From Lama glama (Eukaryota): 64,000 nt of DNA. The position numbers and the translations under genes were made by a program. Below, one piece after another: positions 1 to 13,050 of this stretch. Each line of letters opens with the position of its first letter. The first letter of the stretch is position 1. The stretch covers positions 24,490,001 through 24,554,000 of the forward strand of contig CM052832.1 in NCBI GenBank assembly GCA_028534125.1, read 5' to 3'. The notes beneath the pieces were generated by a model. That model was not told where the DNA came from, made no database searches, and saw only the letters and a list, made by a program, of their open reading frames with translations.

Positions 1-2008
1 GGCAGTTTGATGGGAGAGAGGAGCAATGTATTGCATTCCTGTTTTTCTTTCTGGGGCTGGCTGTGTCACTTTTCATAGGCGCCTGTCTCTAGTGGCAGAG
101 GACAGTCTGACGAGGGAGGCTAAATTGTGTGGCGCTCACACACCTCAACTCTCAGCTCCCGGGAACCAGAGTGAGTGCCGGGTCCCTGGGATTCAGGAGT
201 CCATCAGCCCCAGGTCCCTCTTCCTTGAATATAGGCTGGAGCCGGGAAGGTGCTAGTAGGGGAGAAAAAAGCTCCTAACCACCTGCCTTTCTTCCTCGCT
301 TTCCGTGTGGATCTGGGAAGCAGGCACCTCTGGCCAGAGATGCAGAAAGTGATAGAGGGGAAGGGTTTCAAGGCATCGTCCCTCTCCCCCAGATGCCCTT
401 GGCCCTTCTGACGCTGCCCTTGGGTAGACCATCCCCCGCTTGCCCTCGCTGACGTCTGGACTTCTGCTCTCTATGAAAGCTTTGCCCCTTCTCCAAACTG
501 AGCAAGGAGTAGGGCCCCACCTGGCATGGGAGATACTTGGCATTCCTCGTCATTTCAAGCCCTCTTACAAACCCATAAGACCACCACGATTTGTTAAGAT
601 TGCCTCTTAAGTAAGATTTCTTTGAAATAGCAAGATGATGGGAAGCCTGGATCTTGCCTGGGGTCGGGAAGGAGTATACATTTAAACAGAGAGGCTGAGC
701 TATTTATAGATTGTGATATACTGTGTTTCGGGGAGAAGGTGGAAGTCGCCTTTGTTTTGTTCCCCATCTTGTCTGGTTTCAAGCGTAGTTTCTCCCTTGT
801 TTCTAGAAGGCTTTAAACGTTTCGAGTCTCCCACGATAGCTCTATTCTTTTGATGTGCTTTGCAGAGAAACTCAAGCAGAAACAGGCTTCAGAGTAAGCT
901 AAATAGAGCATCTTGGGCGTTTGATCACTTTCCATTATCTTGAACAGTAATCTCTGTCCTGTGGGATGTCCTTTGAAAGCTCATTCGCTGTTTAATGAAG
1001 ATAAACACGTTGCTGGGTATTTAATCTGTCTTCTCAACTCAGGGACTGAAAAACTTGTATGTGAGATTAGCCCCATTGCCAGAGAGGGGATTCGCAGTGC
1101 CCCAAACATCTCCCTAACCATTGGCTGAACTTTTGAAATGTGCTTAAAGAAAAAAAGAAAACCCAAAACTCAAACAAACAAAAAACAGATACTGACCAGA
1201 TGCGTCACTTACAAAGCCTTCTGTTTCAATGGTGAATCCCGGGGGCCTCTCAACCACATTGATGCTATGTAACATTTGGTCAAAGGAAACCTGAGTTCAG
1301 GGAGGATGTGTGACCACAGCCACTAACAAATTCCTAGAAAGTGATGCTTGTTCGTTTCTCGTCAGGTGGTGGCCGTCGTGGGCAGGGGGTCTAAGCCACT
1401 TTTCCCATCACTGTTTTAATGCATATTCCACTCGTGCTGCGGCCCCTGGCTTTGGCTCTCACTCACCCGGACTCACAGGACTCCTGCTCTTGGTGTCTGA
1501 AAACCTGTAGGCAGAACTCTGAGAAAGCAGGTCCCAGGGCCAGCCTTAGACTTTCCTCAGCCCATCCTGTTCCTCTTGGCTTTTTGACATGTTGGTGGAG
1601 GGGGTGAGGTTTGCACTTTAAAGTTGCTTCTGTCTTAAAAGAGTGCCTTTTCAATGTTTAGAACTTAAATACTGTTCTTCTAAATTTTAGTATTTGAAAA
1701 GCGGGTGTCCATGGAGTCCAGGTTTCTAATTGAGAGAAGAGTAAACAAAGCAGATGCTTCCCTTTTAATTTAAAATGCACCACTTTCTGTGGAGTGGAGA
1801 GGTGATCTGAGATGCTCCTGTTGTCATGTCCGGCTGTGTCCTGGTTCTGTGATCGTCATACATTCCCTGGGTCCACAGCATCAGAGCAGAGCGCGTCTTC
1901 AGCAGGAGGTATTTAGAGATACTCAAGCAAATGGTGCTTTCTGAGGAAGTATGAAAACTGTGGTCAGGACTTCTGAGGATAACAGCATCCCAGTCTCTCT
2001 GAGGCCAC

Positions 2009-2025
2009 GGGGGGGGGGGGGGGGG
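2009..2025 (+). repeat. Poly-G tract (17 G)
   Basis: Run of G read directly from the sequence. Confidence 0.9.
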
Positions 2026-2741
2026 AAGCCTGTGCTCTGCCGCCAGCTAACACCTGGCTGCCTCAGGGCGTCCTGCCCTGTAATTAAACCTACCCTTGAG
2101 TCTGCACAAAGATTAGAGAGACGTGATGAGGGCTGAGGGAGCAAGGTCAGAGCCCCACCCGTAGAAGCTCAGGTGCAGAAGGAAGCCAGGCTGCCTGGGG
2201 GGCTCCTCTAGTTATGGGCCGACCACTCAGGCAGTGCTCTGGCCCGAGACTGACCATTTATTTTCACTTCTGCTGACTCTTCTCATAGTGAATGCTGTTT
2301 GCTCCAGGCCCCTCTGACCTTGCTTCTCTTTCTCCTGCTCCCCAAAAGACATTTGTGCAGCAGGTATATTATCAGTTGGAACTTCTGAGATCATGAGTTA
2401 GCAGTCCAGGGAAGGTGGGCATTTCTGGCTTTGTGCGTGGCTGAGATGGTTCTGAGGGAGAAAGGAAGAGTGAATGGGGGAAGACATGTGAATAACAGAA
2501 ATTGAGCAACGGGCAGGCCACGCCCTTTGTCAAGCCCCAGTCCTGCAGTAGACTCCAGCTTACTCACTTATTGTCTCTCCTGTTACAAGATAGAGGAGAT
2601 AAAGGATAATTCCACATCACTGAAGGTGTTTGCTCCCTGTGGGTTTATGAGGGGGAGTGGAAGACTGAAGCAGTTGCCCTGTAAATTCCATGCAAGCTAT
2701 CTTTCTGAATTACTGAAATCAGGACAATTTGATTCCCATGT

Positions 2742-2760
2742 GAATGCCCCCTAGTGGCCG
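2742..2760 (-). promoter_or_regulatory. CTCF core binding motif
   Basis: Minus strand reads CGGCCACTAGGGGGCATTC, versus the canonical TGGCCACCAGGGGGCGCTA. The core CCAC-N-AGGGGGC is intact and lies in non-repeat DNA. Confidence 0.7.
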
Positions 2761-3319
2761 GCATGGTGCCCTTTAGGGAGACCGGTCCCGACTGCCACCT
2801 CTTCTCATCCCCAAGGGAACGAAACCTATACTTTGCAGGAATTGAGTTCATGTCATATTAAGTCTGTATTTCCTTGCTATGCTTTGTCTACCACGTAGGA
2901 GGAACTCAAAAGCTTTGTTACAGAGCAGCACAGTAGGGATCTTGGTACATCAAATGAGGATACATCTTACATCTGTAGCACATCTGTTGCAAGTCTACTG
3001 GAGGTGGCAGAAGACTCTTTAAAGCTTTGAAGTAAATATCCTCAAGGCCAGCCAGTGCATTAAAGGAAAATTATACCATTGATGATAGTGGGCAAGTCCT
3101 CTGCGGCCTTCTTGCCCGTAAGTAGACAAGCTTTATAAAACTACAAAACCTCAGCTGACCAAGGCAAAATTGGTCTTCCTCACTTAGAAGGTTGGTAGAG
3201 TTAACCTTCTGCTAACTATATCATTTTAATGTAATTTTATGTGATAAAAGCATAATTCACTCACAGTTACCTGTGAATGAATTGTGTAAATTATGTTTTA
3301 TTTTTGATACTTTTATTTT

Positions 3320-4250
3320 CCTAGTCAGTTCAACCAGTCAAGTATTAAATGAGCAGCTAGTGTGAGCTTGATCGAGAGCGTAGGGGTCACCTGGGGATCT
3401 TGTTAAATTTCAGGTTCTGACCCGATAGGGCCCAAGATTTTGAATTTCTAAGAAGCTCCCGGGTGATGCCAGTGCTGCTTATCCAAGGACCAGACTTCAA
3501 GAAACAAAATAGCAGTTGAGTTAAGGAGGTGGCAGGTGATGTAGACAGTCTGTGCCCTCTAGAATCTTATGCTCTGAAAAGGGACTGGGAAAAAGTAGAC
3601 AAGTGATTATGGCAAAAGACAGAATGTGATGAAATGTGCAGCCAAAGTAAAAGTGTGCTTCAGGGCACTGAAGATAGAAGTTGTCCCTTCTGATTGGGAA
3701 GGCGTGGAGATTTTTTCATGGAGAAGGTGATTTTGAAATTGAACTTGAGGTTTGGGTTCTCTGTAACAGGAATGGGTAGGTGTGGCAAAGGCAACTGGGT
3801 CACAGATACACATTCTGGAAAACAAAGTGTATGTCCAGGGAATAAGAAGCAGCCCATTTGCCGGTGGTGGGGAAAGTGTGAAATACACTTGAAAAGGTAA
3901 ATAGAAGTGATACTGTGGACTGTCAGGCCGTGTAGGATGAAAAAGCCAGCCTTAAATCAGGAAGCAAAAAGGAACCATCAGCAACAAGAGATTTTTGAAA
4001 CAAAAGTTGATTGAAACTGTAGTTTGGGGAGATGAATCTGGCACAGATACAGGATAGACTGGAGTCGAGAGTGACAACAGCTTCCAGACAAGAAGTTGAT
4101 AGGACAGATAACATTAAAATTAGCAGCAGGGAGAAGAGAGAAGACATAGGATGTGGAGAAACAAGGATCAGAGGGCTTCCCGAAGGACGCTGGAGTTTTA
4201 ATCCTGGATGGTTAGAAGCCTAGTTGCACAATTGCCATAAATAGGAGAGT
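3320..4250 (-). mobile_element. L2 LINE remnant (3' region), interrupted by a MER5-type MITE
   Basis: L2 antisense features: 'caagtattaaatgagcagctagtgtg', 'tgccctctagaatcttatgctctg' and a purine-rich body ('gatttttcatggagaaggtgattttgaaattgaacttga'). Confidence 0.6.
3365..3507. mobile_element. MER5A-like hAT-Charlie MITE
   Basis: 'tcacctggggatcttgttaaa...tttctaagaagctcccgggtgatgccagtgctgct...aggaccagactt' follows the MER5A core. Confidence 0.7.
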
Positions 4251-4309
4251 CAAAATGAGCTCTTGAGTGTGTCTGAACAGGAAGATGGCCTGGATGAACA
4301 ACACTCCCC

Positions 4310-4413
4310 GGTCACGTACGAGAGGCTGTCCTCGTGCTTTCTATTTAAAATAGCGCCCCAGGCTTCCGATCCTGCTTTGCTCTCTTCATAACACTTTTTT
4401 CTCTCTGATATTA
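4310..4413 (+). mobile_element. L2a 3' fragment
   Basis: 'agaggctgtcctc...tatttaaaatagc...cctgctttgctctcttcataacactt...tctgatatta' matches the L2a 3' region. Confidence 0.55.
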
Positions 4414-4483
4414 TGAGGAAACAAGAAAAATCTCAAACAACCTGACCTTACACCTGAAGCATCTAGAGAAAGAAAAAAACAAA
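4414..4483 (+). mobile_element. Internal LINE-1 ORF2 fragment (~70 bp)
   Basis: Translates as RKQEKSQ/NLTLHLKHLEKEK across a small deletion. This matches the L1 ORF2 segment KKQEKSQINNLTLHLKELEKE just after the endonuclease domain. Confidence 0.75.
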
Positions 4484-4511
4484 TTTTTTTATTTACTTAG
4501 GCCAAGTATTG

Positions 4512-5240
4512 AAACCCTTGCCCTCAAGGAGCTTATAGTCGACTGGAAGAGACAGACAATAAACATGTAAAGAAATATAATTAGAAATGAGGGGGAAAGA
4601 ACAGCGACATGAGACAAAAGTAACAAGGTGGGAGGGATGGACCCACGATGGCTTGGGTGGGTAGGGAAAGCCTTGCTTAAGAGAAGACATGAAACTGCAG
4701 AGAGGCCGAGAAAATGGCACATGCAAAGGCCTTGAGGTGAGAAATGCTGGGTGCATTCCTAGAACCTGACCTCGAACCCGTGTGGCTGCAGGCCAGGGCT
4801 AGTGAGAAGAAGAGGAGGCGGAGATGAAGTTAGTGTTGGCAAACCGCAGATAGTGAAGAGCCTTGGACTTGACAAGGAGACCGGATTTAATTTGAAGTAC
4901 CTGGAAAGTCACATAAGGGTGGATTGGAGGACGGTCAGAAAGGCAGGGAAGCGGGGCAGAAAACTTGTAACTGGCTGGAGAGGAAGTGACGGTGGTTTGG
5001 ACTTGAGTGGTGGCAGCAACACCGGAGAGCAGTCGACGGTTCAGGAAGCAGTATGTTCTCAAGGTCCGCTGGGCAGAACGTGTAGATATCTGAAGTGGGT
5101 GAAGGATAGGGAGGCGGTTACCAGGATCATTTCCCGATTTCTGGCTTGAGCAACCGAGGAAATGAGTGTGTCCTTCATGGAGATGGGGAGGACAGGCGCA
5201 GAACAGAGTTTTGGAAATGTTGAGTTTAAGGTGTACGTGA
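4512..5240 (-). mobile_element. L2a LINE remnant
   Basis: 'ccttgccctcaaggagcttatagtc...gagacagacaataaaca', 'gcaaaggccttgagg' and 'gagttttggaaatgttgagtttaaggtg' are typical L2a antisense blocks. The element appears to resume briefly near 5960. Confidence 0.8.
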
Positions 5241-5242
5241 AA

Positions 5243-5950
5243 CATTCTTTTTTATTTAAAAAAAAGTTANNNNNNNNNNNNNNNNNNNNNNNNNNNNNNN
5301 NNNNNNNNNNNNNNNNNNNNNNNNNNNNNNNNNNNNNNNNNNNNNNNNNNNNNNNNNNNNNNNNNNNNNNNNNNNNNNNNNNNNNNNNNNNNNNNNNNNN
5401 ATCAAACAGTAACTTCCCATGGCAAGCAGTGTTCTGCTTTCTGTCTCTGTGAAGTTGACTACTCTAAATACCTCAGAGAAGTGGACCCTGGAGACCTCAC
5501 ATAAGTTGGTCACAAAAGGACAAACGGTTACTTCACTNNNNNNNNNNNNNNNNNNNNNNNNNNNNNNNNNNNNNNNNNNNNNNNNNNNNNNNNNNNNNNN
5601 NNNNNNNNNNNNNNNNNNNNNNNNNNNNNNNNNNNNNNNNNNNNNNNNNNNNNNNNNNNNNNNNNNNNNNNNNNNNNNNNNNNNNNNNNNNNNNNNNNNN
5701 NNNNNNNNNNNNNNNNNNNNNNNNNNNNTGTTTTCAATTCTTTGAAATCCCAGCAGTGGAATTGCTGGATCATATGGTATTTCTATTTTTAATTTTTTTG
5801 AGGAACCACCATACAGTTTTCTACAAGAGCTACACCGTTTTACATTCCACCAGCATTGCAGAAGGGTTCCCGTTTCCCTACATCCTTGCTAGTGCTTGTG
5901 ATTTTCTGTGTTTTTGATGGTAGCTGTCTTAAGGGCTGTGCGTGGTGGGA
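5243..5950 (-). mobile_element. L1MB-type LINE-1 3' end (partly N-masked), inserted in L2
   Basis: T-rich tail at 5246, then 'ctttctgtctctgtgaagttgactactcta' and 'agtggaattgctggatcatatggt...gaggaaccaccatacagtttt...cattccaccagca'. Confidence 0.85.
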
Positions 5951-8900
5951 CATTCTCTTTAGTGGATATTTCAGGTCTACAGACCAAGAAGAGGTTTGGG
6001 TCTGAGATGTATCATGTAAGTTCAAATTTAAGCTATCTTCCATCCTTCCAATGTTTGTTTTTTCCAATTTGACTGTAAACATTTTAAGAGATTTAGTTAA
6101 AAGCATCAGATTTGTACTTGAACTATTTAGCCTCACAAACCTTTTTGAAGTCATTGTTAGATTCACTTAAAAATGTTCCTTTTTTTCTACTGTAATATTT
6201 TGAGAGAATTTACAACTTTTATCTACAGTACGAGCATCTTCATCATCTTTTGAACCACTTTATAAGTCATCTAATAGTTTTCCCAGAGCACATTATCTTG
6301 ACCTCAGTGTCGCTTGAGATACAATATATTTTGAATCTGTGTGTGATGCTCTCACCAGGAACTTTATCCTAAGCCACAGGCACCCATCCCTGTATCTACT
6401 GATTACATTTTAAATACCTTCCTGGCCCAAAGAAATCAGAGCCAAGCTCACAGTTAATGTGAATATGGATTCAGGGAGACATAATATATTGGGAACCACC
6501 ACTATAACATACAGGTACCAAACAAAATTGAGAGATTTTTTTCCTCTTTTTTTTCAATGAGTGTTCATGAACTATACAACTTAACTACTTACTGCGTTGC
6601 TTTAGAAAGCAATCTTTAAAATGCTTTTTTGATTTGTAATGACACCCAATGTTTGCAACTGTAAAGTCATACTCCCAAGAATAATTACTAGCTAAATCTG
6701 TTTCCTTCCTTGAAAAGAGAAAAAAGAAAAAAAAAAAAGCAAACACAGTGGATTTTGTTAGGTGACTTTTGTAAGTATGCAAAACTAGCTTTGATGGGGG
6801 TGGTTTCAAGAGAACATATTTTCCATAAAGAGTACTTTGTTGTTTAAAATAAAATATTTAAGAGAGCAACAAATGGTATAAGAAGCTTTCTGTGGACTCA
6901 CGAAGTAAGGGAACTCAGTCTTTTCTGAGGAGAAACATTTGGGAAAAACCTTACCTTGTATTCATGCATACATGGTATATTATAAACTTGGCTTTATAGA
7001 CTTAAGGAAAAGCTTCCATACAGTAAAAGTCCTTCAACACTAAAACTGTGTTTGAGCCCATTTCTCGTAAATATTCGTTAAGAAAAATACTTGTCCTGCA
7101 TCCTTGAAGTTCAGTCTTTCCTAAAGGGATGAGAAACCTTTCAAGGTTCCTTCTGACTTGGCAGAGCTACGATTGGGTAATGCCTCTCACCCATCTGTAC
7201 ATCCATTTATTTATTCATTAATTTCAAGTACCTTCTAAAGTTCAGAGAATTTCTAAGTACAATACTTAGGAACACTTTTTAAAATCACTTTAGGCAGCAG
7301 AGGAAAGAATAGCAAAAATATTAAACTTAAGATTTGTCTTACCTCAAAAATTGGACAAACATCATCTACCACATTCTTAACCAAAAATCTCATAGGTTTG
7401 ATTCAGAAATTCCATTACATTCTGAGTCTCAAAGCATGACGATCTGTTTCTGCAGTGGTAATCTGGGTAAGGAAAAGAGGGTTCTAAAGAAGCAGCCTTA
7501 ATATATAACTTGGTAGGAGTATATGGGTTTGGTTTCTAGCTGGCCATTTGCCTGTCCATCCCTCCTTTGTTTATTTTTAGCTGTATCAGTTTATTACATG
7601 ATATTGAATGATGTTATCAATAATCATGGACATGCCCTTTACTTTCTTAGCATAGCAGGGAATTAGGTAAAAGTAAGACCTGCAAAATTTTTATTTCTCT
7701 TACCTCCAAGTTTTGTATCCTACTTAGACCTGCTAGACCAAGTTCATCACTTAGACTCCACTAAAACAAGGAATCGTGGTCTCACATCTTTGACCTGGGA
7801 ACTGCAAAGTGATTTACTGACATTAACTCATCAGTCCTCCTAACATTTCTGAGCAAAACATCAAGATTCTTGAACTCAGTGTATAAACGGATTCTGTTTT
7901 CCAGAGAATCTAAATGTCTTGGCTACCATTAAATTAGGAGTGAGGGGAAGAATTAAGGCTAAAACCGTCCTTTTCTGAACTCCTGCTTGGTGGCCTGACC
8001 TACACAGAAATGTCTTATTTTCTGGAAATTAAAAAGGTGGGGGGAGGGGATCAGCTTTGCTCATGTAAAAATATTAAATAAAGCCACTCTGTAGAAAAAT
8101 CCTTAGAATCCCCAAATGACCATCTTCCTTAAAACACTTTCTTCATCGGACTTGGTACTTAATAAAATAATAAGCTTGAAGTGATACTGCCTGCTCGCAG
8201 TCACCCAAACGATGAATCATAGCATGTGAATCAATGAAAACAAATCAGCTAAAAGGCCAAACCTCTCTGTTACCCTGGAAATATTTCTCGTTTTCCCAAG
8301 TCTTCCAATGCTCTTCCATTCTTGTGTAACTCAGCTTATAGTGAACCCCGTGCCAAGATTTTTCAGTCAGTTCCCTGCCAAAACCCTGACGCGCTCAGCC
8401 TGGGAGGAGGCACCGTCCCGCAGATGAAGTGAAAAGCAGAATCACAAAAAGAGGAGGATTTCCTATGGGAGGAAACGGGACAGTGCACCCTCCTCTGGGA
8501 CATCATTCACCCTGCCTGGCTACTTGGGGGCTTTTATGACAAAGCAGAGATTTTTTCCTAACTCCCTTCGTCTGGTCGGTGAAACAACACTAAAATTACG
8601 TAAATGTTTAAAGGATAGAAGCTTGGGAGTATATGTTCCCAATCATCTTAGCTTATCACTGAGACCCTAATTTGCTCTCTCCCTGGGTGTGCTTTTGGAA
8701 TAAGGGCCTCGTGACTGCACACGGGTCGGTTATGGTACCTTGATTCAGGAAATGTGAGTACTCTGCAAACAGTCAACTGCAGTTTTGTTGAGGAACAGAG
8801 ACTGCTTTTTCAGCAAGTCTGGCTTGTGTTCATATTAAATCTGCCCCCCACCTTTGGGACAGGGAGATCTCCAGGTCTCCTCACTGTATTTAACTTCCCA

Positions 8901-10369
8901 CTTTAGTAGGCAGCCGGTGGAGTTACCCTTTCCTATGAAGCCCTCAGGTGTTCCTTCCCTTGTTAACTTTTAAAGGTTTGGGGTGTCCAGCCTGATCTAC
9001 TGATAGAAACTCAGAAACAGTACTGATACCAGAACCCGAGGCACACCCAGAAGGGACCTTTTCACACTGTTTAGTTAATTTGGGGTAAAAATAAAGTCTG
9101 GGGGTTTATGGTGCTGGTTGGTTCAGCATGACAATTGACGGGCATCCTCTAGGCAAGAAGGCTGACATCTGGGTTACCGATGTGGACACGTTGTCCTCTT
9201 CCAAATGAGGGCTGGTTGCCGGCCTGATGGGCGTCGACAGGCTGACCACAGCCGAGAGGGCGAACGTGGGATTGTGCCTGGCTGAGTTTTGGCCCCTCGC
9301 TCAGTATCTGGGTTCCCTGGAGGGAGGACGTAGGGAGCTGATAAGAAGTGGAAAGCAGTAGCAGTGATCCAGGCTGGAAAACAGCTAGAGCTACAGAAGC
9401 TACAAAAGTGGAAGCAGGGGGGCTCTTGCTAGTAGCTGGACCCCAACCAGCCGTGCACAGCAGCCTGGTGCTTCAGCCCTTCCCCACGCGGACTCGTGGC
9501 AAAGTCAGCTGCTGATTGCCGCTGCAGGAAGAAGGGCAGGAATAGCTTCATCCCGTCTGAATTTTCATTTACGCCATGTGATTTACACGTGGTGGACCCG
9601 AGGCCAGAGCAGTGGGGACTCACATGGGGTAGCAGTTAGCATCGGATCCCAGCCTGGCATCTAGGTCACCCGCTGCTCTCTGCCAGCCTCTACCGGCCAC
9701 CAGAATGACTTGTCACCCTTTTAAAGTCCTTTTACTTGACTTTGCTTTACAGTCCTCTGAGTGTAAGACTGAAAATGTGATCGTGATATGCAAACGTTTT
9801 AAACTAAAAGTCTTCCTGTACAAATATGGTACCAGCTTTCATTTCTCTGATCTGCTGATAAGATGCACCATCGATTTAATGATTAGTCTCCTGGGGAAAT
9901 AAAAGAAATGCTATCACGTTTTTATGTGCTAATGAGATAAAAACAAGTCCTAAGTTCAGAAACGTTAAAATATGGGAAAAAAATCACATGGACATCACAT
10001 ATAAGCCATGGGTGTTAGTCACAAGCTTTCTTACACACATCTGCTCCTCAAAGGTGTGCTTTCCTTGAAGCCCCAACCAGTCCTGGGGTGAAAGCTGACT
10101 CCTAACAGTTCTTGTTGACAGAGATAAGTGAGGGCTTAAGAAAAAAAATCCAGAAAATTCATTTCTAGCTGCCTAAACTGCTAGCTGGTAGCTAAGCTGG
10201 TCGCTAGGAGTTTCATTGACCATCCGTCTCAACCACAGTGACCACATTTCTCACTAAGGAAGGTCCCAAGTGTGGATGAGAAGGCGTGAGATAGACAGCA
10301 GGTGGGGCGAAGGGGAAGTGAAGAAGCCGGGTATTCCACACCGAAGCTCATTAAACTGCATTATTAAGA

Positions 10370-10554
10370 ATTTTTTTTACAATGTATTNNNNNNNNNNNN
10401 NNNNNNNNNNNNNNNNNNNNNNNNNNNNNNNNNNNNNNNNNNNNNNNNNNNNNNNNNNNNNNNNNNNNNNNNNNNNNNNNNNNNNNNNNNNNNNNNNNNN
10501 NNNNNNNNNNNNNNNNAATTTTATGCTCTGTATATTTTGACACAATTTAAAAAG
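10370..10554 (+). mobile_element. L1MB-type 3' terminal fragment (mostly N-masked)
   Basis: 'aattttatgctctgtatattttgacacaatttaaaaa' is the L1MB 3' terminus; compare 15576-15613. Confidence 0.6.
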
Positions 10555-10627
10555 TGTGTACCTGTGTATGTATATGTATTCTTATGTGAATGTTTTCCAC
10601 GGGTTTGATGAAAATGGTTCAAGCCAT

Positions 10628-11105
10628 GTCATTCATCCAACCATCTGTCTTCATTTATTCACTCAACAAGCCTTTATGAAGCCCTTATTATATGCCAGGA
10701 CCTGCGCTAAATTGTACAGTTGTAAATGCAGTATTTTCTGTCCTTGACCTATTTACAAGCTAGTTTACATGAATGCCGCGTAGACAATAACTACCATCCA
10801 TCACGGTGAGGGAGAAATGAATGTGTGTGCGGAGTTAAGACAGTATCCAGCTGCCGAGTTGTGAGATGTTCTGGCACTCATGTCAGTGAGGGATATGAAG
10901 GGCTCACCTGCTGAGGGACACGTGGACAAAGCATAGGGAATAAACAGTGTGGTGCATAATGCATGCAGGAAACAGTTGGTGCGCCATTATTGATAACTTG
11001 CTGTGTCATGTGGCTGGTGGGTTGGTGAGCTCATAAGGCTGTGACATAAAGGAGCAAGGTGTAGACAGTCCCTTACACCATGTTAAGGGGCTCAGACTTC
11101 TCAGA
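10628..11105 (-). mobile_element. L2 remnant
   Basis: 'cattcatcc...cttcatttattcactcaacaagcctttatgaagcccttattatatgccagg' is the L2 3' terminus in antisense, followed by degenerate body. Confidence 0.65.
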
Positions 11106-11115
11106 CCACATTCTC

Positions 11116-11327
11116 CAGTGGCCTCAGGATTTCTCAAAGCCCCCTGAACTCCCATGGGGCTGCCTCCAGAAGTCCGCAGTGGTGATGGGGGGTGGAGAGG
11201 GGATGGAGAAACCAATAGTTCAATGTGAATAACCTCAGCTTCATTTATTTTATGTTTTAAGTGTCTATATAAGATGCCATTTGAAGGCAAGGGTCTGGCT
11301 GAAAAGAAAAACATTTGAAAATCACTG
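11116..11327. mobile_element. Degenerate hAT-Charlie MITE
   Basis: Starts with CAGTGG and ends with TTTGAAAATCACTG (Charlie-type terminal inverted repeat); ~210 bp. Confidence 0.45.
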
Positions 11328-13050
11328 TTGTTGGTGATGAGGAATCACTAAAAATCATTAGAGTTGGTGACAGTTAGTTTTGTGTTTTAAAAATCAGTAT
11401 TCAGCATTCAAAGACATGAGCATGTTTTATCCATTTCTGGACCTCACCTCACAGCACTTGGCACATGGTGAACATCCAATAGAACGTTCAGTGGGAATTA
11501 TTTAAGGGACATGACTGTGTACTGTTGCTGTAGGGGTGAATTTAAATAACACACTTCCCAGTAACTCAAAAGGAATTTGTAGAAATATGAACTACTTTTC
11601 CCCTTATTCTCTTTTTCCTTACGTAAAATTGTACTGTGATCATGTTTTTTTTCTGAGTTTCCTGTCTGTTGAGATACTAGCTTTTATAATGTGATGCCTT
11701 GGACCTGGTTGACAGCTCTGATTCTGTATATAAGACTGAACTTTGTGGAAAATAATAGTTAATGGTACTTTTTTAATGCTTAAAATGATATTCTGAGCAA
11801 GTTTTGTTTCTTTATGGACTTTAGCCAGAATCCTACTGTTTTTCAATTTGTTTAAACGCAACAGCTTATACAACATACGTACATGTTCAGTTGAAGATAA
11901 AGGATATCATTATTTTTAGCCTATTACAAAGAAAACCACATTTTCTCTTAAATCTCTTGATATAAAATAATTTGAACACAATTTCTGCACAGATCATTTT
12001 CGAGAGATTGGCTGTCAAGTGTATCTTTTTTCTTTTTTAAGTAGCATTCTCATAAGAGCCAATGAGACTTTGCAAAGTTAGATACATTCTAAGCCCAGAA
12101 CGTGGTTGAAGATGTCAGTTTTTAAACAGCACTTTGAGAAGTAGTTAGCTTAAAAGTACAGCAATTCAGAGCACACCGAGAATGATTTTGAAGAGTAAAG
12201 TCTGGGTACGATGGAAAGAAAGTTGACAGGTTCACTACAATTAAGAGACAGGCAGGAACGACTCCCACTTGTGAAAACTTTTCTCATCTAACCAGCTTCT
12301 GACACGGGCCTAAGAAAACCTCCAGCAAATTCTTATTCCTTTCCAGCTCCCGAATCTATTGTATAGAAATTCTCCAGTTTCCTTATGTGGTAACACACAG
12401 ATACAGAAAAACAGCATCACAGCCCACTGCCCCTAGTTGAAAGGATAAGTAAATTAAGCCCGTGAGAAATGACAGGACTGAAATGTATTTTTCCTTCAAG
12501 GCTGGTGTGTGTGCACATGTACACATGCATGCCTACACCCACACGTTTGAGTGTACGAATTGGAAGGAAGAATTAAAAATAACTTGACACTCACTTCCCA
12601 GCTTCTTCCTCCATAACCAACCTGTTTTACCAATTCTCACTCATTTCTACTCTTCTGCTCTTGTGGAAAGGCTTGTTAATGTGCCCCGTAACTTCGGCAG
12701 GCAAGGTGATTCAAGACTCTACTGCAAGAGTCTGGCTATTTAAGTATTGGAGGTTTTGCCTGGTATCCTTGAGTCTTGCTGTTTTCAGCTGGTGGGTCTT
12801 TGTAATCATATTTAGGCATCAGATTAAAATCACAGGTGAATAAGTGTTAAGTGTCCTCGGTGTCTGTTACTTTTGTACTGCAATAAGGGTGTTCTGTGGC
12901 CTGTTGCTAGTCTCACCACATACTGGAAAGAATGCCTGTTCCCCCATCTCTGAAAACCCTTAACCAGCTACATTTTTGGAGTCATGTCACACCTTCCTGA
13001 ATTCAGATAGACCCTGGAGGCTCACTTCCCTTGTATGGGCACACGCTCAG

